Shown: positions 1 to 10,766 of the stretch, piece after piece | Position numbering within the stretch: the first letter of the stretch is position 1 | Layout of the letters: each line of letters starts with the position of its first letter | NCBI GenBank assembly: GCA_963793425.1 | Contig: CAWCAG010000005.1 | Span: 736,001 to 800,000, forward strand | Reading direction: 5' to 3' | Source of the DNA: an uncultured cyanobacterium | GTDB lineage: Bacteria; Cyanobacteriota; Cyanobacteriia; Cyanobacteriales; CAWCAG01 | DNA: 64,000 nt | The notes under the pieces: generated by a model | What the model saw: only the letters and a program-made list of their open reading frames with translations | Databases searched by the model: none | What the model was told of the DNA's origin: nothing | Position numbers and translations under genes: made by a program

Positions 1-700
1 CGAGTTCTAGCATTTTTTGGGCTAGTTTAGGGCTAGGTTGATTATGTTCCTGTTGATATAGGGTTAAAACTTCTAATAAACTTTGAGTATATTCTTGAGC
101 GTGAACTAAATTACCAAAAATAAAATTAGTGGGATTATTAATTTCATGGGCAACACCTGCAACTAATTGTCCTAAACTAGACATTTTTTCGCTTTGAATT
201 AAGTGAGTTTGCGCTCTTTTCAACTCTTGCAAAGTTTTATCTAATTCTGCGGTACGTTCAGAGACTCTTTTTTCTAAAACTTGGTTTTGTTCTTCGACTT
301 TTTTGGTTAAATGATGAACTTTGAGGTGAAGCTTAACTCGCGCGAGAACTTCTTCTTGTTCAAAAGGTTTGGTGACATAATCTACTGCCCCTAAATTAAG
401 CCCTTTAACTTTATTCTCCGTATTACAAAGAGCTGTCATAAAAATAACAGGAATATTTTCAGTTTCAGGATTGCTTTTGAGCTGGCGACAAGTTTCAAAG
501 CCATTTATGCCTGGCATCATCACATCTAAAAGAATTAAATCTGGCAAAGCAAATTTCACCCTTTCCAGGGACATATCTCCCGATTTGGCAATCCAAACCT
601 CAAACCCGGCTATATCTAAAAAATCTGAAAGTACGCCTAGGTTAGCAGGATTGTCATCAACAATTAAAATAACGCCTTGATGCTGTAGTTTCATACTCAT
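1..700 (-). CDS. Hybrid response regulator/histidine kinase (REC-HisKA), 3' end outside window
   Basis: Manual translation from ATG at 700 (GGAG upstream): [24 protein letters not shown]...[19 protein letters not shown]...IPVIFMTAL...[10 protein letters not shown] (receiver), then [16 protein letters not shown] (H-box). Confidence 0.88.
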   Translation of the reverse strand, partial: MSMKLQHQGVILIVDDNPANLGVLSDFLDIAGFEVWIAKSGDMSLERVKFALPDLILLDVMMPGINGFETCRQLKSNPETENIPVIFMTALCNTENKVKGLNLGAVDYVTKPFEQEEVLARVKLHLKVHHLTKKVEEQNQVLEKRVSERTAELDKTLQELKRAQTHLIQSEKMSSLGQLVAGVAHEINNPTNFIFGNLVHAQEYTQSLLEVLTLYQQEHNQPSPKLAQKMLEL

Positions 701-882
701 TATTTAGCTCCTGTAATGAAAGATAGCTTGATTGACAGGTTGAATATAATTTAAATAAATATTCATAAGATCAACTTTCTCTTATCTCTATAATTGACTA
801 AGGATGTTTGTGTTGTTGTATAACTTTGAGAAATTATTTGTCTAACTTTTCCTAAAATCATGAACAACCTAGCTAAAGGAAA

Positions 883-3800
883 TTACATACTTTTATAAGG
901 TTGGATCATTTCCAAAATCGCTTCATCTTGAAAACCTTTAGCAAGTTGTTGTAATTTTTCTGCAAAGGGAGTAAACTTCTCATCAACTTGTACCAAAGTT
1001 TTTGTTTGCTGAAGAATCCCCTTCATATTGCCCTTCATAGCTAACTGATACAAAATATCTAACTGTTCTAAATCAGGAAATACCAACTCTTCCCCTTCTT
1101 TTGCCACTGCAACTGGGACAGATTTAGCTTCTTGATAAACCCATTGCAAACCAAGATGCTTTTGTATCTTGTGGAGTAACTCACTTGCCCGCACTGGCTT
1201 CGGCAGAAAATCATCTCCCCCCGCTTCATAACTCTTATATTGGTCAGATTCAAACACACTCGCTGAAGAAGCAATAATCTTCACCTCTTTTAAAAGCTCT
1301 TGTTGACGCAACTGTCTCATTAACTCAAACCCATCTAGATTAGGCATCAATAGGTCAGTAATAATTAACTCTGGTTTTAACTCCAAAGCTTTTTCTAAGG
1401 CTTGTTGACCATCAATTGCCTCACTCACTTCAAAACCAATTGGTTGTAATAAACTCCTTATCACTGAACGATTCTCCCACTTATCATCTACTACTAACAC
1501 CTTCACAGATTGAGAAGAGATACCAATAATTTGTCCTTTAGCATCAGCTTGAGAAGCCTGCACCCACTCCGAAGCTGAAGGTAAGTTCAGATCAAAGTGG
1601 AAGATACTACCTACTCCTTCTTCACTCTGCACTTCTAGAGTTGAACCCATCATCTCTACTATCTTTTGGGAGATGGCTAATCCTAATCCTGTACCTTCTG
1701 TTTGTCGTTTTCCTTCTCCTACTTGTTCAAAAGGTAGGAAGATTTGCTCTAAATGTTCTGTACTCATGCCGATACCTGTATCTCTTATCTCAAAGCGAAT
1801 CTTGTCTACTGAAGCAAAACTAACTTGGAAGGTTACTCTACCTGTATCAGTGAATTTAATGGCGTTATTCAACAGATTGAGTAAAACTTGGCGTAGACGC
1901 TTTTCATCAACACAAACAGCTACAGGAAGTTCTAGGGTAGATTGGTAAAGGAAATCAATACCTTTAATTTCAGCACGAATACGACACATTTCTGCGACAC
2001 CTTGTAGGAAAGCTAGGAAATGGAAGTCACTGGGGTTAAGTTCCATTTTCTGAGCTTCAATTTTAGATAAGTCGAGGATATCATTAATTAAGGTGAGGAG
2101 ATGAGAGCCGCAGTTGTAGATGATTTCGATGCGGGATTGGTCGTCAGTAGTGAGATGAGTAGAGCGTTGTAGCACTTGGGCATAACCCATGATACCGTTG
2201 AGAGGAGTACGGAGTTCATGGCTCATGTTGGCGAGGAATTCACTTTTGGCGTAGTTAGCGGCTTCTGCTTTTTCTTTAGCTTTTTGCAGGGCTATTTCTG
2301 TACGCTTGAGGTTCGTTATGTCTGTAGCAACACACAATACCTGGTAAGTTTTGTCATCCCCAGATAGCAAAGGCTTTTTGGTACTCTGGTAATATAAGAC
2401 TTCTCCATTAGGCAAAGTTACTGTTTCTTCTAGTAGGAGTGTTTCTCTAGAGACAATCACCTTGCGGTCGGCTTCTTGATACTTTTCTACTTCAGCTAAG
2501 TTAGGATTATAAGCTAGTTCAGTTTTGCCAATTAATTCCTCAACAGTAGTTTGATATATATTTGCTAGAGCTTGGTTAGCCAATATAAATTTGCCCTCTT
2601 TGTCTTTGACAAAAATGACATTGGGGTCAGTATCAATAACGCTGCGTAAAAACTTCTTTTGCTCTCTCAATGCAGTTTCTACTTTTTTAATAGGAGTAAT
2701 GTTGGTAGAGACACCTAATACCTGGCGAGTTCTACCGTTACGGGAAATCAAAGGTTTCTTGATAGTTTGTAAATAAATTAACTCTCCAGTAACCTTAGTA
2801 AGAGTTTCTTCAAAAAGTTGCGATTCTCCAGAGGTCATTACCTGGCAATCTGCCCATAAGTAACTTTCTACTTCCAGGGTATTGGGGTTAAAATCAGCAT
2901 CACTTTTACCAACCATTTCTTCAGTAGTAGTTTGATAAAGTTCTGCTAAAGTTTGATTGGCAAGAATGTATTTACCTTCCCAATCCTTAACAAAAATAAG
3001 ATTGGGGTCTGTATCAATAATCTTACTTAAAAACTCCTTTTGCTCCCTTAAAGCAGCTTCTGAATGTCGCAAGGCTTCCTCTGCTTGCTTACGTTCAGTT
3101 ATATCTTCAGAAAAACAGAGCAAGTATTCTGGTTCACCATTTTCGTCATAGGTAGGTATCTTAACTGTATGAAGAATCCTTTCACCTAATCTGCGACTAT
3201 GGGTAATTTCTTCGGGAATATCTATAATTTTGCGGTTCTTAAAAGCTTCTTTGTCAGTTTGAAAAAAGAAGTCAGCTTTTTCTTGAGAAAAAAGCTCATG
3301 GGCAGTTTTTCCTAGTACTTCCTCTGCTGCTAAATCAAAAAGTAATTCGCTGGTTTTATTCCAAAGTTTAATTTGAGAAAACTTCTCTTGATGTCCATCT
3401 TTGACAAATACAGCTACTGGTAAATAATCAATCATTGCTTGGAGAAAATTACGAGCTTGACGCAACTCTTCTTCTGCTTTTTTGCGCTCTGTAATATCGC
3501 GGGTAATGCTTCCCCAAGCTATAGCTTCTCCTGTATCTGAATCTTTAAGAGCAAAGATGCTGTAATCTACAGGAATTACTTCCCCTGTTTGGAAATGTCG
3601 GAAGCGCAACTCTCCTCGCCAGCAACCTTTTTCCTGTGCAGTCGGTAAAATCTCTTGAGTTACTCGGTCTACATCTTCAGGCCAAACATAGTCTAAGATG
3701 TGATTAGAGCGAGCTTCTGCTAAGCTATTTAAGCCAACCATTTTTAAAGCTGCAGGATTAGCAAATAAAGCTTTTCCTTCTTGATCAGCGATTCCTACAA

Positions 3801-5331
3801 AATCAGAAGTATTTTCTACAATAGAGGCTAATCTCCGAAGCTGTTGTTCTGCTAGTTTGCTTTCGGTGATGTCGTTGGTTGTACCTGTAACTCCGATAAT
3901 CTTGCCCTGAGCATCTCGAATTGGTGCAGCGTTGATTAATAGATAAATCCTATTACCATCTGCCGTTAAACTGCTAATTTCATATTGACTATAAGATTTT
4001 CCTTGCCAAACATTAGCAAAAACTTCTTGATATTCTGCTTGTTTTTCTTTTGGGGTAAAATCTTTAAAAGAGCGACCAATTAATGTTTGGGGTTTACAGC
4101 CTAGGGCTTTTTCAGCAGCTTGATTTACGAAGGTATAGCGCCCTTGGGTATCAAAAGACCAAATCAAGTTTTGGGATGTTTCTACCACATTGCGATAATT
4201 TCGTTCGCTTTCTTGGAGTTGTTTTTCTACTAGCTTCTCTTTAACTTTAGTTTTAGCTAACCAAGCACAACCTATAGCTATTAAAACTACTGCTCCTCCA
4301 TAAAATCCTACTAGCCAAACCAAGATTATCGTTGATTTCTGATTAAGGACTTCCGAAGGAACATAGGTGACAATCTTCCAGCTATGATCAGTTTCGGGTG
4401 AACTAATATTAATTCTCTGTTTTTGCTGCTGGGGTTGAATAGTGGTGACAGTAAATAATCCTTCTTTTGTTTGGAACTGTCCTTCTTTTACCCCAGCTAT
4501 TTGCGCCCAAGCTTGAGGGAAAGTTTGTTTAAAAGTACGCCTTTGACGCTCAGGATAAATAAAACCCCATTCATCTTCAGCTTTTAATCCTTTGAGCCAA
4601 TAACCTTGATTATTGATTAAAAGTACTTTACCTAAAGAAGTATTGTTTTTAACTGCTAAATCATCAATAATTCTTTGCCCTGAATAGTTAAGAATAACTA
4701 AACCTTGTTTACGACCAGAATCATCAAACACAGGGGTAGCGAAGCGAACTACAGGCTTTATAGGTTCCTCGACTTGCCCCCATTCCATATTCAAATCAAG
4801 CTTAGATACATAAACTTCTCTTGGCTTTAATTCTTTACTTTCTTGAAACCAATAGCTTCCTATTTTATTTTGCAGTTGTTTTTGAGGTACTCTAACTGCT
4901 TTACCTCTTTTTTGATTATATTCAACTCTAAAAACTTCTTGACCTGTATTATCAAGAAGACGAACTTGGTGATAAGTTTTTTTTGCTTCAGCGAAAGAAA
5001 TGTACTCTTGAGCAAATGCAACAGAAATTTTTTCTATTTCTTGCGGTGAGAGATTATCTCTGTCTAAAATTAAACTTAATTCTTTATGGTCTACTAAATG
5101 TAATAAATCTGAGGTAATGACTTCAAAATTACCAGCAGCGATTTTTCCTTGCTGCTCCACATTACGTAATTCGTTAAGCTCAATTTCTTTTCTGTCTAAT
5201 TTAACTTCTCCTTGGTAAAATAAAATCAAGAAACCTCCAACAACAAAAGTTAGAGGTACAAACAGAAGTAAAAAATATCTTAGTACGGCTATTTTGCTGA
5301 TTTTAAGTGCTTGAGAAGAAGGTTGAAACAT
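883..5331 (-). CDS. Membrane hybrid sensor histidine kinase (TM-Cache-TM, 5 PAS/PAC, HisKA, HATPase, REC)
   Basis: Two TM segments around a Cache-like region (KPVVRFATPVFD); repeated PAS motifs; FLANMSHELRTPLNG; NLLNNAIKFT, GTGLGL; C-terminal VLVVDDKWENR...TDLLMP receiver. Confidence 0.93.
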   Translation of the reverse strand: MFQPSSQALKISKIAVLRYFLLLFVPLTFVVGGFLILFYQGEVKLDRKEIELNELRNVEQQGKIAAGNFEVITSDLLHLVDHKELSLILDRDNLSPQEIEKISVAFAQEYISFAEAKKTYHQVRLLDNTGQEVFRVEYNQKRGKAVRVPQKQLQNKIGSYWFQESKELKPREVYVSKLDLNMEWGQVEEPIKPVVRFATPVFDDSGRKQGLVILNYSGQRIIDDLAVKNNTSLGKVLLINNQGYWLKGLKAEDEWGFIYPERQRRTFKQTFPQAWAQIAGVKEGQFQTKEGLFTVTTIQPQQQKQRINISSPETDHSWKIVTYVPSEVLNQKSTIILVWLVGFYGGAVVLIAIGCAWLAKTKVKEKLVEKQLQESERNYRNVVETSQNLIWSFDTQGRYTFVNQAAEKALGCKPQTLIGRSFKDFTPKEKQAEYQEVFANVWQGKSYSQYEISSLTADGNRIYLLINAAPIRDAQGKIIGVTGTTNDITESKLAEQQLRRLASIVENTSDFVGIADQEGKALFANPAALKMVGLNSLAEARSNHILDYVWPEDVDRVTQEILPTAQEKGCWRGELRFRHFQTGEVIPVDYSIFALKDSDTGEAIAWGSITRDITERKKAEEELRQARNFLQAMIDYLPVAVFVKDGHQEKFSQIKLWNKTSELLFDLAAEEVLGKTAHELFSQEKADFFFQTDKEAFKNRKIIDIPEEITHSRRLGERILHTVKIPTYDENGEPEYLLCFSEDITERKQAEEALRHSEAALREQKEFLSKIIDTDPNLIFVKDWEGKYILANQTLAELYQTTTEEMVGKSDADFNPNTLEVESYLWADCQVMTSGESQLFEETLTKVTGELIYLQTIKKPLISRNGRTRQVLGVSTNITPIKKVETALREQKKFLRSVIDTDPNVIFVKDKEGKFILANQALANIYQTTVEELIGKTELAYNPNLAEVEKYQEADRKVIVSRETLLLEETVTLPNGEVLYYQSTKKPLLSGDDKTYQVLCVATDITNLKRTEIALQKAKEKAEAANYAKSEFLANMSHELRTPLNGIMGYAQVLQRSTHLTTDDQSRIEIIYNCGSHLLTLINDILDLSKIEAQKMELNPSDFHFLAFLQGVAEMCRIRAEIKGIDFLYQSTLELPVAVCVDEKRLRQVLLNLLNNAIKFTDTGRVTFQVSFASVDKIRFEIRDTGIGMSTEHLEQIFLPFEQVGEGKRQTEGTGLGLAISQKIVEMMGSTLEVQSEEGVGSIFHFDLNLPSASEWVQASQADAKGQIIGISSQSVKVLVVDDKWENRSVIRSLLQPIGFEVSEAIDGQQALEKALELKPELIITDLLMPNLDGFELMRQLRQQELLKEVKIIASSASVFESDQYKSYEAGGDDFLPKPVRASELLHKIQKHLGLQWVYQEAKSVPVAVAKEGEELVFPDLEQLDILYQLAMKGNMKGILQQTKTLVQVDEKFTPFAEKLQQLAKGFQDEAILEMIQPYKSM

Positions 5332-5404
5332 GAAGCAGTCAACTGAGGAAGTTTGTCACTACTCTTGCTATGCTCACTTACGAATATTTGCGTTCGTGTA
5401 TATT

Positions 5405-6010
5405 TTAGTGTTTGTTTTTATCTTTTATCTTCGCAATTTGACAAGGGCGGAAAGATTGCCGATGTTCAACAGAAAGACCGTATTTTTGCAAGGCTAAGCG
5501 ATGCTGCTTGGTAGGATATCCTTTATGGTTTTCTAAGCTATATTCTGGATATTGTTGAGCAAGGTCGATAATTAAGCGATCGCGCCATACTTTAGCCAAA
5601 ATACTAGCAGCAGCAATAGCGATAGAATGGCGATCGCCTTTGATGATAGTTTTCTGTGGTAGTTCTAAGCCAGGAATTTTATATCTGCCATCAATTAAAC
5701 AAAGTTCTGGGGTTATTTTGAGCTGCTCTACCGCTCTTTTCATGGCTAGTAAAGAGGCTTGGAGAATATTGATGCTATCAATTTCTTGAGCTGTAGCAGA
5801 GCCGATTTGATAATCTAGAGCTAATTTTTGAATTTCAACAACTAACTCAGAACGTTTTTTAGCTGATAGCTGCTTGCTATCTTTAACTCCTAATGCTGCT
5901 AACTCCACCAGTATAGGAGGAGAAGTGACCACAACTGCGGCCACTACAGGGCCAAACAAGGCCCCTCTTCCTACTTCGTCTACACCTGCGACTAATTGAT
6001 GAGCAGACAT
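5405..6010 (-). CDS. rnhB: Ribonuclease HII
   Basis: AGVDEVGRGALFGPV, DSKQLS, LIDG, KGD...SIAAASILAKV, HKGYPT motifs; start placed at ATG 6010 just after the rne stop. Confidence 0.95.
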   Translation of the reverse strand: MSAHQLVAGVDEVGRGALFGPVVAAVVVTSPPILVELAALGVKDSKQLSAKKRSELVVEIQKLALDYQIGSATAQEIDSINILQASLLAMKRAVEQLKITPELCLIDGRYKIPGLELPQKTIIKGDRHSIAIAAASILAKVWRDRLIIDLAQQYPEYSLENHKGYPTKQHRLALQKYGLSVEHRQSFRPCQIAKIKDKNKH

Positions 6011-6026
6011 AATACAGTTAGATGAT

Positions 6027-7991
6027 CTACTCAGAGGAATTACTAACAACCGCAGAAGAACGACGACGACGACGACGGATTACTGGGCGATCATTATTTT
6101 CTACTTCTGGTTCTACTTTTGGTTCTTCTTTAACATCATTATCTTCACCATTACTCTGATTGCCCTCTACTATTGTCTCCTCTTCTGAAGCATCTGTTGT
6201 TACTACCCTTTCTTCTTCCGAATCATTTGATTCATCTGTCTCTTGTTCTACTTCCCCTGGAAGCTTAACAGAGACAATCAAAGACTTAGAATCTTTGCCA
6301 TCACGATCTACACGAACTTTAGGAGAAATACCCATCAAAGCATACATATTCTGCTCTAGTTCGCTCATCTCTACCAAAACTTCCTCTGGCGGTTCCTCAT
6401 CTCGCCGGGAAATTCGATTGATTTGTGGTCTTTCGATTCGCTCTGGGCTACTATCGTAACCTGTTTCTAAATCCGCTTTAGGGTCTTTTAAAGAGATGGT
6501 ACGTTTAACTTTAGGAGAGGCTTCCTCTTTACCTAAAGCATCGTTGAGACGGCGACTGCTGCGACGACGACGGCGATTGTTGTTAGAGGTATTTTGCTCT
6601 TGATAACTAGGATGATTAAGCAGATCAATATCTTGCTCTTCTTCTTCGTTAGCTAAATCAAGAAGTACTTCTATTTCTTCTGAGCGATTCTCTACTGGCT
6701 TGATAGTATTATTAACAATTACCGGAGGAGTCACATCAGGAATTTGCTGCTGGGTTTCTCCAGGAAGCTTAACTAAATGTCCCATACCGCTACAGGTAGG
6801 ACAAGTTTCACCAAACAATTCGTAAATATTTTTGCCTTGGCGTTTGCGGGTTAATTCTACTAAACCTAGTTCTGAAAGTTGGGCAATTTGAGGTCGAGCT
6901 TTATCTGCTTTTAAGGTGTTATTAAAATGTTCTAGCAGTTTAAGCTGATCACGGCGAGAGTCCATATCAATAAAGTCTATGATAATGACCCCGCCAATGT
7001 TTCTGAGGCGTAGTTGGTGGGCAATTTCTGTGGCTGCTTCGCAGTTAGTCCAAAGGACTGTTTCCCTGGAAGTAGCAGAACGAGTAAAGGAACCGGAGTT
7101 AACATCTATTACCGTGAGGGCTTCTGTTGGTTCGATGATGACGTAACCGCCAGAAGGTAAGTCTACCCTTGGTTTTAAAGCTTCCCTAATAGCAGCATTA
7201 ACCCGGAAGTATTCCAGAACAGGTAAACGTTCGCGATGATGATCAATTAACACACCTTCGGGGGCCTTGCCACCACTCCAGTTCATCAATTGTTGCTTAA
7301 CTCGTTTTAAACCAGTATGAGAATCAACGACGATGCGGTTAACGTCGGCTGTATAAATATCCCGCAAAACCCTTTGAATAAAGTCATCATCACGGTTTAA
7401 GAGGGTAGGAGGGCGGGTAGAATTGGCTTGTTGTTGAGTAGCTTCCCACTGAGTTTGGAGAGACTCCAAATCTTCCATGATGGTTTCTTCATCATTGCCT
7501 TCGGCTTCGGTTCTCACCAATAAGCCCATACCAGCAGGTTTAATTAAGACTGCTAATGCCCTTAAGCGGCTACGTTCCCCTTCATTTTTGATTCTTCTCG
7601 ATAAGTTCACCCCCTTTCCATAAGGCATCAAAACGAGATAGCGACCAGGTAAGGAGATATTTCCTGTTAAGCGCGGGCCTTTGTTTCCCGTTGGCTCTTT
7701 CATTACCTGTACTAGCACTTTTTGCTGGGGTGCAAGTAAGTCAGTTATTGTACCAGCACTCCTTCTCAAGCGTAATGGACCTAAATCCGTAACATGAATG
7801 AAGCCATTACGTTCGGCATCACCAATGTTAATAAATGCGGCATCTATCCCTTGGATGACATTTTCAACAATACCTAGATAAATATCACTAACTTGTTGTT
7901 TGCCCGTAGCAACCACAAGCTCTTGAATTTGATCCTCCCAAAAAACTGCAGCAACTTGATGTTGCTCAGCGATAATTATTTGCTTTGGCAT
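6027..7991 (-). CDS. rne: Ribonuclease E (Rne/Rng family)
   Basis: S1 domain, TEALTVIDVNSG, RLRNIGGVIIIDFIDM, CPTCSG Zn-link, Arg-rich C-terminal motifs (RRRRRSS) typical of cyanobacterial RNase E. Confidence 0.96.
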   Translation of the reverse strand: MPKQIIIAEQHQVAAVFWEDQIQELVVATGKQQVSDIYLGIVENVIQGIDAAFINIGDAERNGFIHVTDLGPLRLRRSAGTITDLLAPQQKVLVQVMKEPTGNKGPRLTGNISLPGRYLVLMPYGKGVNLSRRIKNEGERSRLRALAVLIKPAGMGLLVRTEAEGNDEETIMEDLESLQTQWEATQQQANSTRPPTLLNRDDDFIQRVLRDIYTADVNRIVVDSHTGLKRVKQQLMNWSGGKAPEGVLIDHHRERLPVLEYFRVNAAIREALKPRVDLPSGGYVIIEPTEALTVIDVNSGSFTRSATSRETVLWTNCEAATEIAHQLRLRNIGGVIIIDFIDMDSRRDQLKLLEHFNNTLKADKARPQIAQLSELGLVELTRKRQGKNIYELFGETCPTCSGMGHLVKLPGETQQQIPDVTPPVIVNNTIKPVENRSEEIEVLLDLANEEEEQDIDLLNHPSYQEQNTSNNNRRRRRSSRRLNDALGKEEASPKVKRTISLKDPKADLETGYDSSPERIERPQINRISRRDEEPPEEVLVEMSELEQNMYALMGISPKVRVDRDGKDSKSLIVSVKLPGEVEQETDESNDSEEERVVTTDASEEETIVEGNQSNGEDNDVKEEPKVEPEVENNDRPVIRRRRRRSSAVVSNSSE

Positions 7992-8375
7992 TCAATTTCC
8001 TCAAAACTTTTCGCAGGTTGAAAACACCTAATGCACTGCGTCATTCAACTCGATTATTTAAAAAACTGTGCGAACAAATGGAGCTAGTTTCTCTCTAGAG
8101 ATTGAAACGGAAAAATCCCTATAGTTACCGAAAGGAGACTTACTGCAATTGGCTGTTTAGCTGATTCAGGTTTATTGAGCGGCTTTGGTTAGCTGCTTTG
8201 GGGAACCAGCTTAGTAAGCGGTAGCCAGTAAGTTTGGACATACAACTTAGCATTGAGCATCAACGTACCTAGATACAGAAAGCTGATGGGCTTTGACTAT
8301 CTGCTATTGGTTATGATGCCAATACTTTATGCCTTAACGGCAAGTTAACGGAAATTTAATCCGTAATTGTTCCTC

Positions 8376-8390
8376 AACGGCTATTATACA
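8376..8390 (-). promoter_or_regulatory. Candidate -10 box (TGTATAAT) for rne-rnhB, implying a 5' UTR of about 385 nt
   Basis: ATTATA at 8383-8388 reads TATAAT on the minus strand; long rne leaders are known in cyanobacteria. Confidence 0.45.
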
Positions 8391-8469
8391 TTAGTTATGC
8401 CGCTTTGGGCCAACCAAAAGTCGAAAGTTAAAAGGTAAGATACTACTTCTTCTTCAGCTCTGGCCTTAA

Positions 8470-9627
8470 TTATGACATCGATTGGCGTAATGACTTAATT
8501 GTGGCGATCGCTTGTTGGGCTACTCTCTCAATTTCTTCTGGGGTTGTGAAGCGGCTAATACCAAACCTTAAGGAGGCGTAGGCTAAGGCTTCTGAGCGTC
8601 CTAGAGCCGTCAAAACGTGGGAAGGGGCGGTGGAGACCGAAGAACAAGCCGAACCGGAAGAGACGGCGACAATGGGTTGTAAACCCAGCAATAAAGCCGA
8701 ACCATCTACTCCTTCAATACTAAGATTAAGGCTACCAGCCAGACGTTGTGTAGGATGTCCGTTGAGGTGAACTCCTGGTAACTGTTGCAGTTGAAATCGC
8801 AGTTTTTCTCGCAATTTTTCCAGGCGCTTGGTTTCTGATTCTTGTTGGGCTAAACCTATTTCTATGGCTTTACCAAAACCGACAATTTGAGGAGTATAAA
8901 GAGTCCCGGAACGCATTCCCCTTTCTTGTCCTCCTCCTTGAATTTGAGAAGCTATTTTCACCCTGGGGTTACGCCTACGAACATAAAGTGCGCCAACACC
9001 TTTGGGGCCATAGACTTTATGGGCTGTTAGGGACATAATATCTATGTTCATTGCTGCCACATCTAAAGGGATTTTAGCGATCGCTTGGGCTGCGTCGGTA
9101 TGAAATAAAACTTGGTGTTGGTGACAAATTGTACCAATTGCTTCTAAGGGTTGGATTACACCAATTTCGTTATTAGCTGCCATGATGGAAACTAAAATTG
9201 TCTCAGGACGAAGATTTTTTTCTAATTGAGTTAAGTTAATTAAGCCATCTTCTTGGACAGGGAGATAAGTGATTTCAAACCCTAGGTTTTCTAAATATTG
9301 ACAAGGATCTAAGACAGCGCGATGTTCAGTTTGGAGAGTAATAATGTGCCTGCCTTGGTTAAAATAAGCTTCAGCCACCCCTTTAATTGCTAAATTATTA
9401 GCTTCGGTAGCCCCGCTGGTAAAGACTATTTCTTCTGGGCTACAATTTATAGCTAAAGCAATAGTTTCTCTTGCTTTTTTAACTGCTGCTTCTGCTTCCC
9501 AGCCATAGCTATGGGTAATGCTAGAAGGGTTGCCAAAATGCTCAGTAAAATAAGGTAGCATTGCTGCTAAAACTCTTTTATCCACCGGAGTTGTAGCATG
9601 GCAATCTAAGTAAATTGGACGTTCCAT
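8470..9627 (-). CDS. iscS: Cysteine desulfurase (IscS/NifS group I)
   Basis: YLDCHATTP, FTSGATEANN, HTDAAQ, TAHKVYGPKG (PLP Lys), SSGSACSS (catalytic Cys). Confidence 0.9.
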   Translation of the reverse strand: MERPIYLDCHATTPVDKRVLAAMLPYFTEHFGNPSSITHSYGWEAEAAVKKARETIALAINCSPEEIVFTSGATEANNLAIKGVAEAYFNQGRHIITLQTEHRAVLDPCQYLENLGFEITYLPVQEDGLINLTQLEKNLRPETILVSIMAANNEIGVIQPLEAIGTICHQHQVLFHTDAAQAIAKIPLDVAAMNIDIMSLTAHKVYGPKGVGALYVRRRNPRVKIASQIQGGGQERGMRSGTLYTPQIVGFGKAIEIGLAQQESETKRLEKLREKLRFQLQQLPGVHLNGHPTQRLAGSLNLSIEGVDGSALLLGLQPIVAVSSGSACSSVSTAPSHVLTALGRSEALAYASLRFGISRFTTPEEIERVAQQAIATIKSLRQSMS

Positions 9628-9683
9628 AAAATTCAGACCAAATCCGATTACTAAAGTACGGACTTTATATTAATTTTGAATGA

Positions 9684-10166
9684 GTGACTTTAAAAAAATG
9701 TGCTATTGCTCTTGGTAGCAATTTGGGTGATTCACCCACTATCTTAAACAATGCCTTACAAAGACTAAACCAAGTTCCTGATCTAACTCTCAAGGCTCAT
9801 TCTAACTGGTATTTAACCCCTGCGGTTGGTCCACCTCAACCTGATTATATTAACGGTTGTGCCTTACTAGAGGTACGGTTAACCCCCCAAGAACTGTTAG
9901 CAACTCTGTTAAGAATTGAAACAGAATTTGGTCGAGTACGTCGAGAGCATTGGGGGCCACGTTTCCTCGACTTGGATTTGCTCTTGTTTGAGGATTTAAT
10001 CCTAGTAACACCAAGGTTACAACTCCCTCACCCACACTTAAGACAAAGAGCTTTTGTTTTGCTCCCTTTAGCAGAAATTGCTCCTGATTGGGTAGATCCT
10101 GTATCGAAAAAAGCAATTAAGCAACTTCTCGAAGAGGTAGACTGTTCAGGAATTAAACTTTTGTAG
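9684..10166 (+). CDS. folK: 2-amino-4-hydroxy-6-hydroxymethyldihydropteridine diphosphokinase
   Basis: IALGSNLG, QPDYING, GRVRREHWGPRFLDLDLL, LPHP motifs. Confidence 0.95.
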   Translation: MTLKKCAIALGSNLGDSPTILNNALQRLNQVPDLTLKAHSNWYLTPAVGPPQPDYINGCALLEVRLTPQELLATLLRIETEFGRVRREHWGPRFLDLDLLLFEDLILVTPRLQLPHPHLRQRAFVLLPLAEIAPDWVDPVSKKAIKQLLEEVDCSGIKLL

Positions 10167-10202
10167 CAAACTAATTTAGTTAAAATTCTTAAGTATTAAA
10201 TT

Positions 10203-10760
10203 ATGCAAGGTTACGAACCTCCACAAATTCTTAAACGACGCTTATTCTATCAAGGTCGCAAATTTAGTTTTGATGTGAATCACCTACGCTTACCAAATGG
10301 TGCGAAAGGAGACTGGGAATGTATACGCCACCCTGGTGGTTCTTTAGCTGTACCTATTACTCCTGAAGGTAAATTGGTATTGGTTAAACAATATCGTTTT
10401 GCTCTCCAAGGGAGAATTTTAGAATTTCCTGCCGGTACAGTAGAACCAGAAGAAAGCCCAGAAGAAACTATTAAAAGAGAACTTGAAGAAGAAACAGGAT
10501 ATCGCGCTCAAAGTTGGCGTTCTTTAGGCAAATTTCCTCTCGCACCTGGTTATTCTGATGAGTATATTTATGCTCATCTTGCTTCAGATTTGGAGAAGCT
10601 AGAAAATCCCCCTCAGCAAGATGCAGATGAGGATATAGAAGTTGTTTTATTAACCCCTGAAGAATTAGAAAAAGCTATTTTAGCAGGGGAGTTTGTTGAT
10701 GCTAAATCTATTTGTGGCTTTTTTCTGGCTCGTCCTTTTTTATCAGAAGAAACAGATTAA
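10203..10760 (+). CDS. NUDIX hydrolase (ADP-ribose pyrophosphatase-like)
   Basis: Nudix box EFPAGTVEPEESPEETIKRELEEETG; QYR and APG motifs of ADPRases. Confidence 0.9.
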   Translation: MQGYEPPQILKRRLFYQGRKFSFDVNHLRLPNGAKGDWECIRHPGGSLAVPITPEGKLVLVKQYRFALQGRILEFPAGTVEPEESPEETIKRELEEETGYRAQSWRSLGKFPLAPGYSDEYIYAHLASDLEKLENPPQQDADEDIEVVLLTPEELEKAILAGEFVDAKSICGFFLARPFLSEETD

Positions 10761-10766
10761 CTTTAT

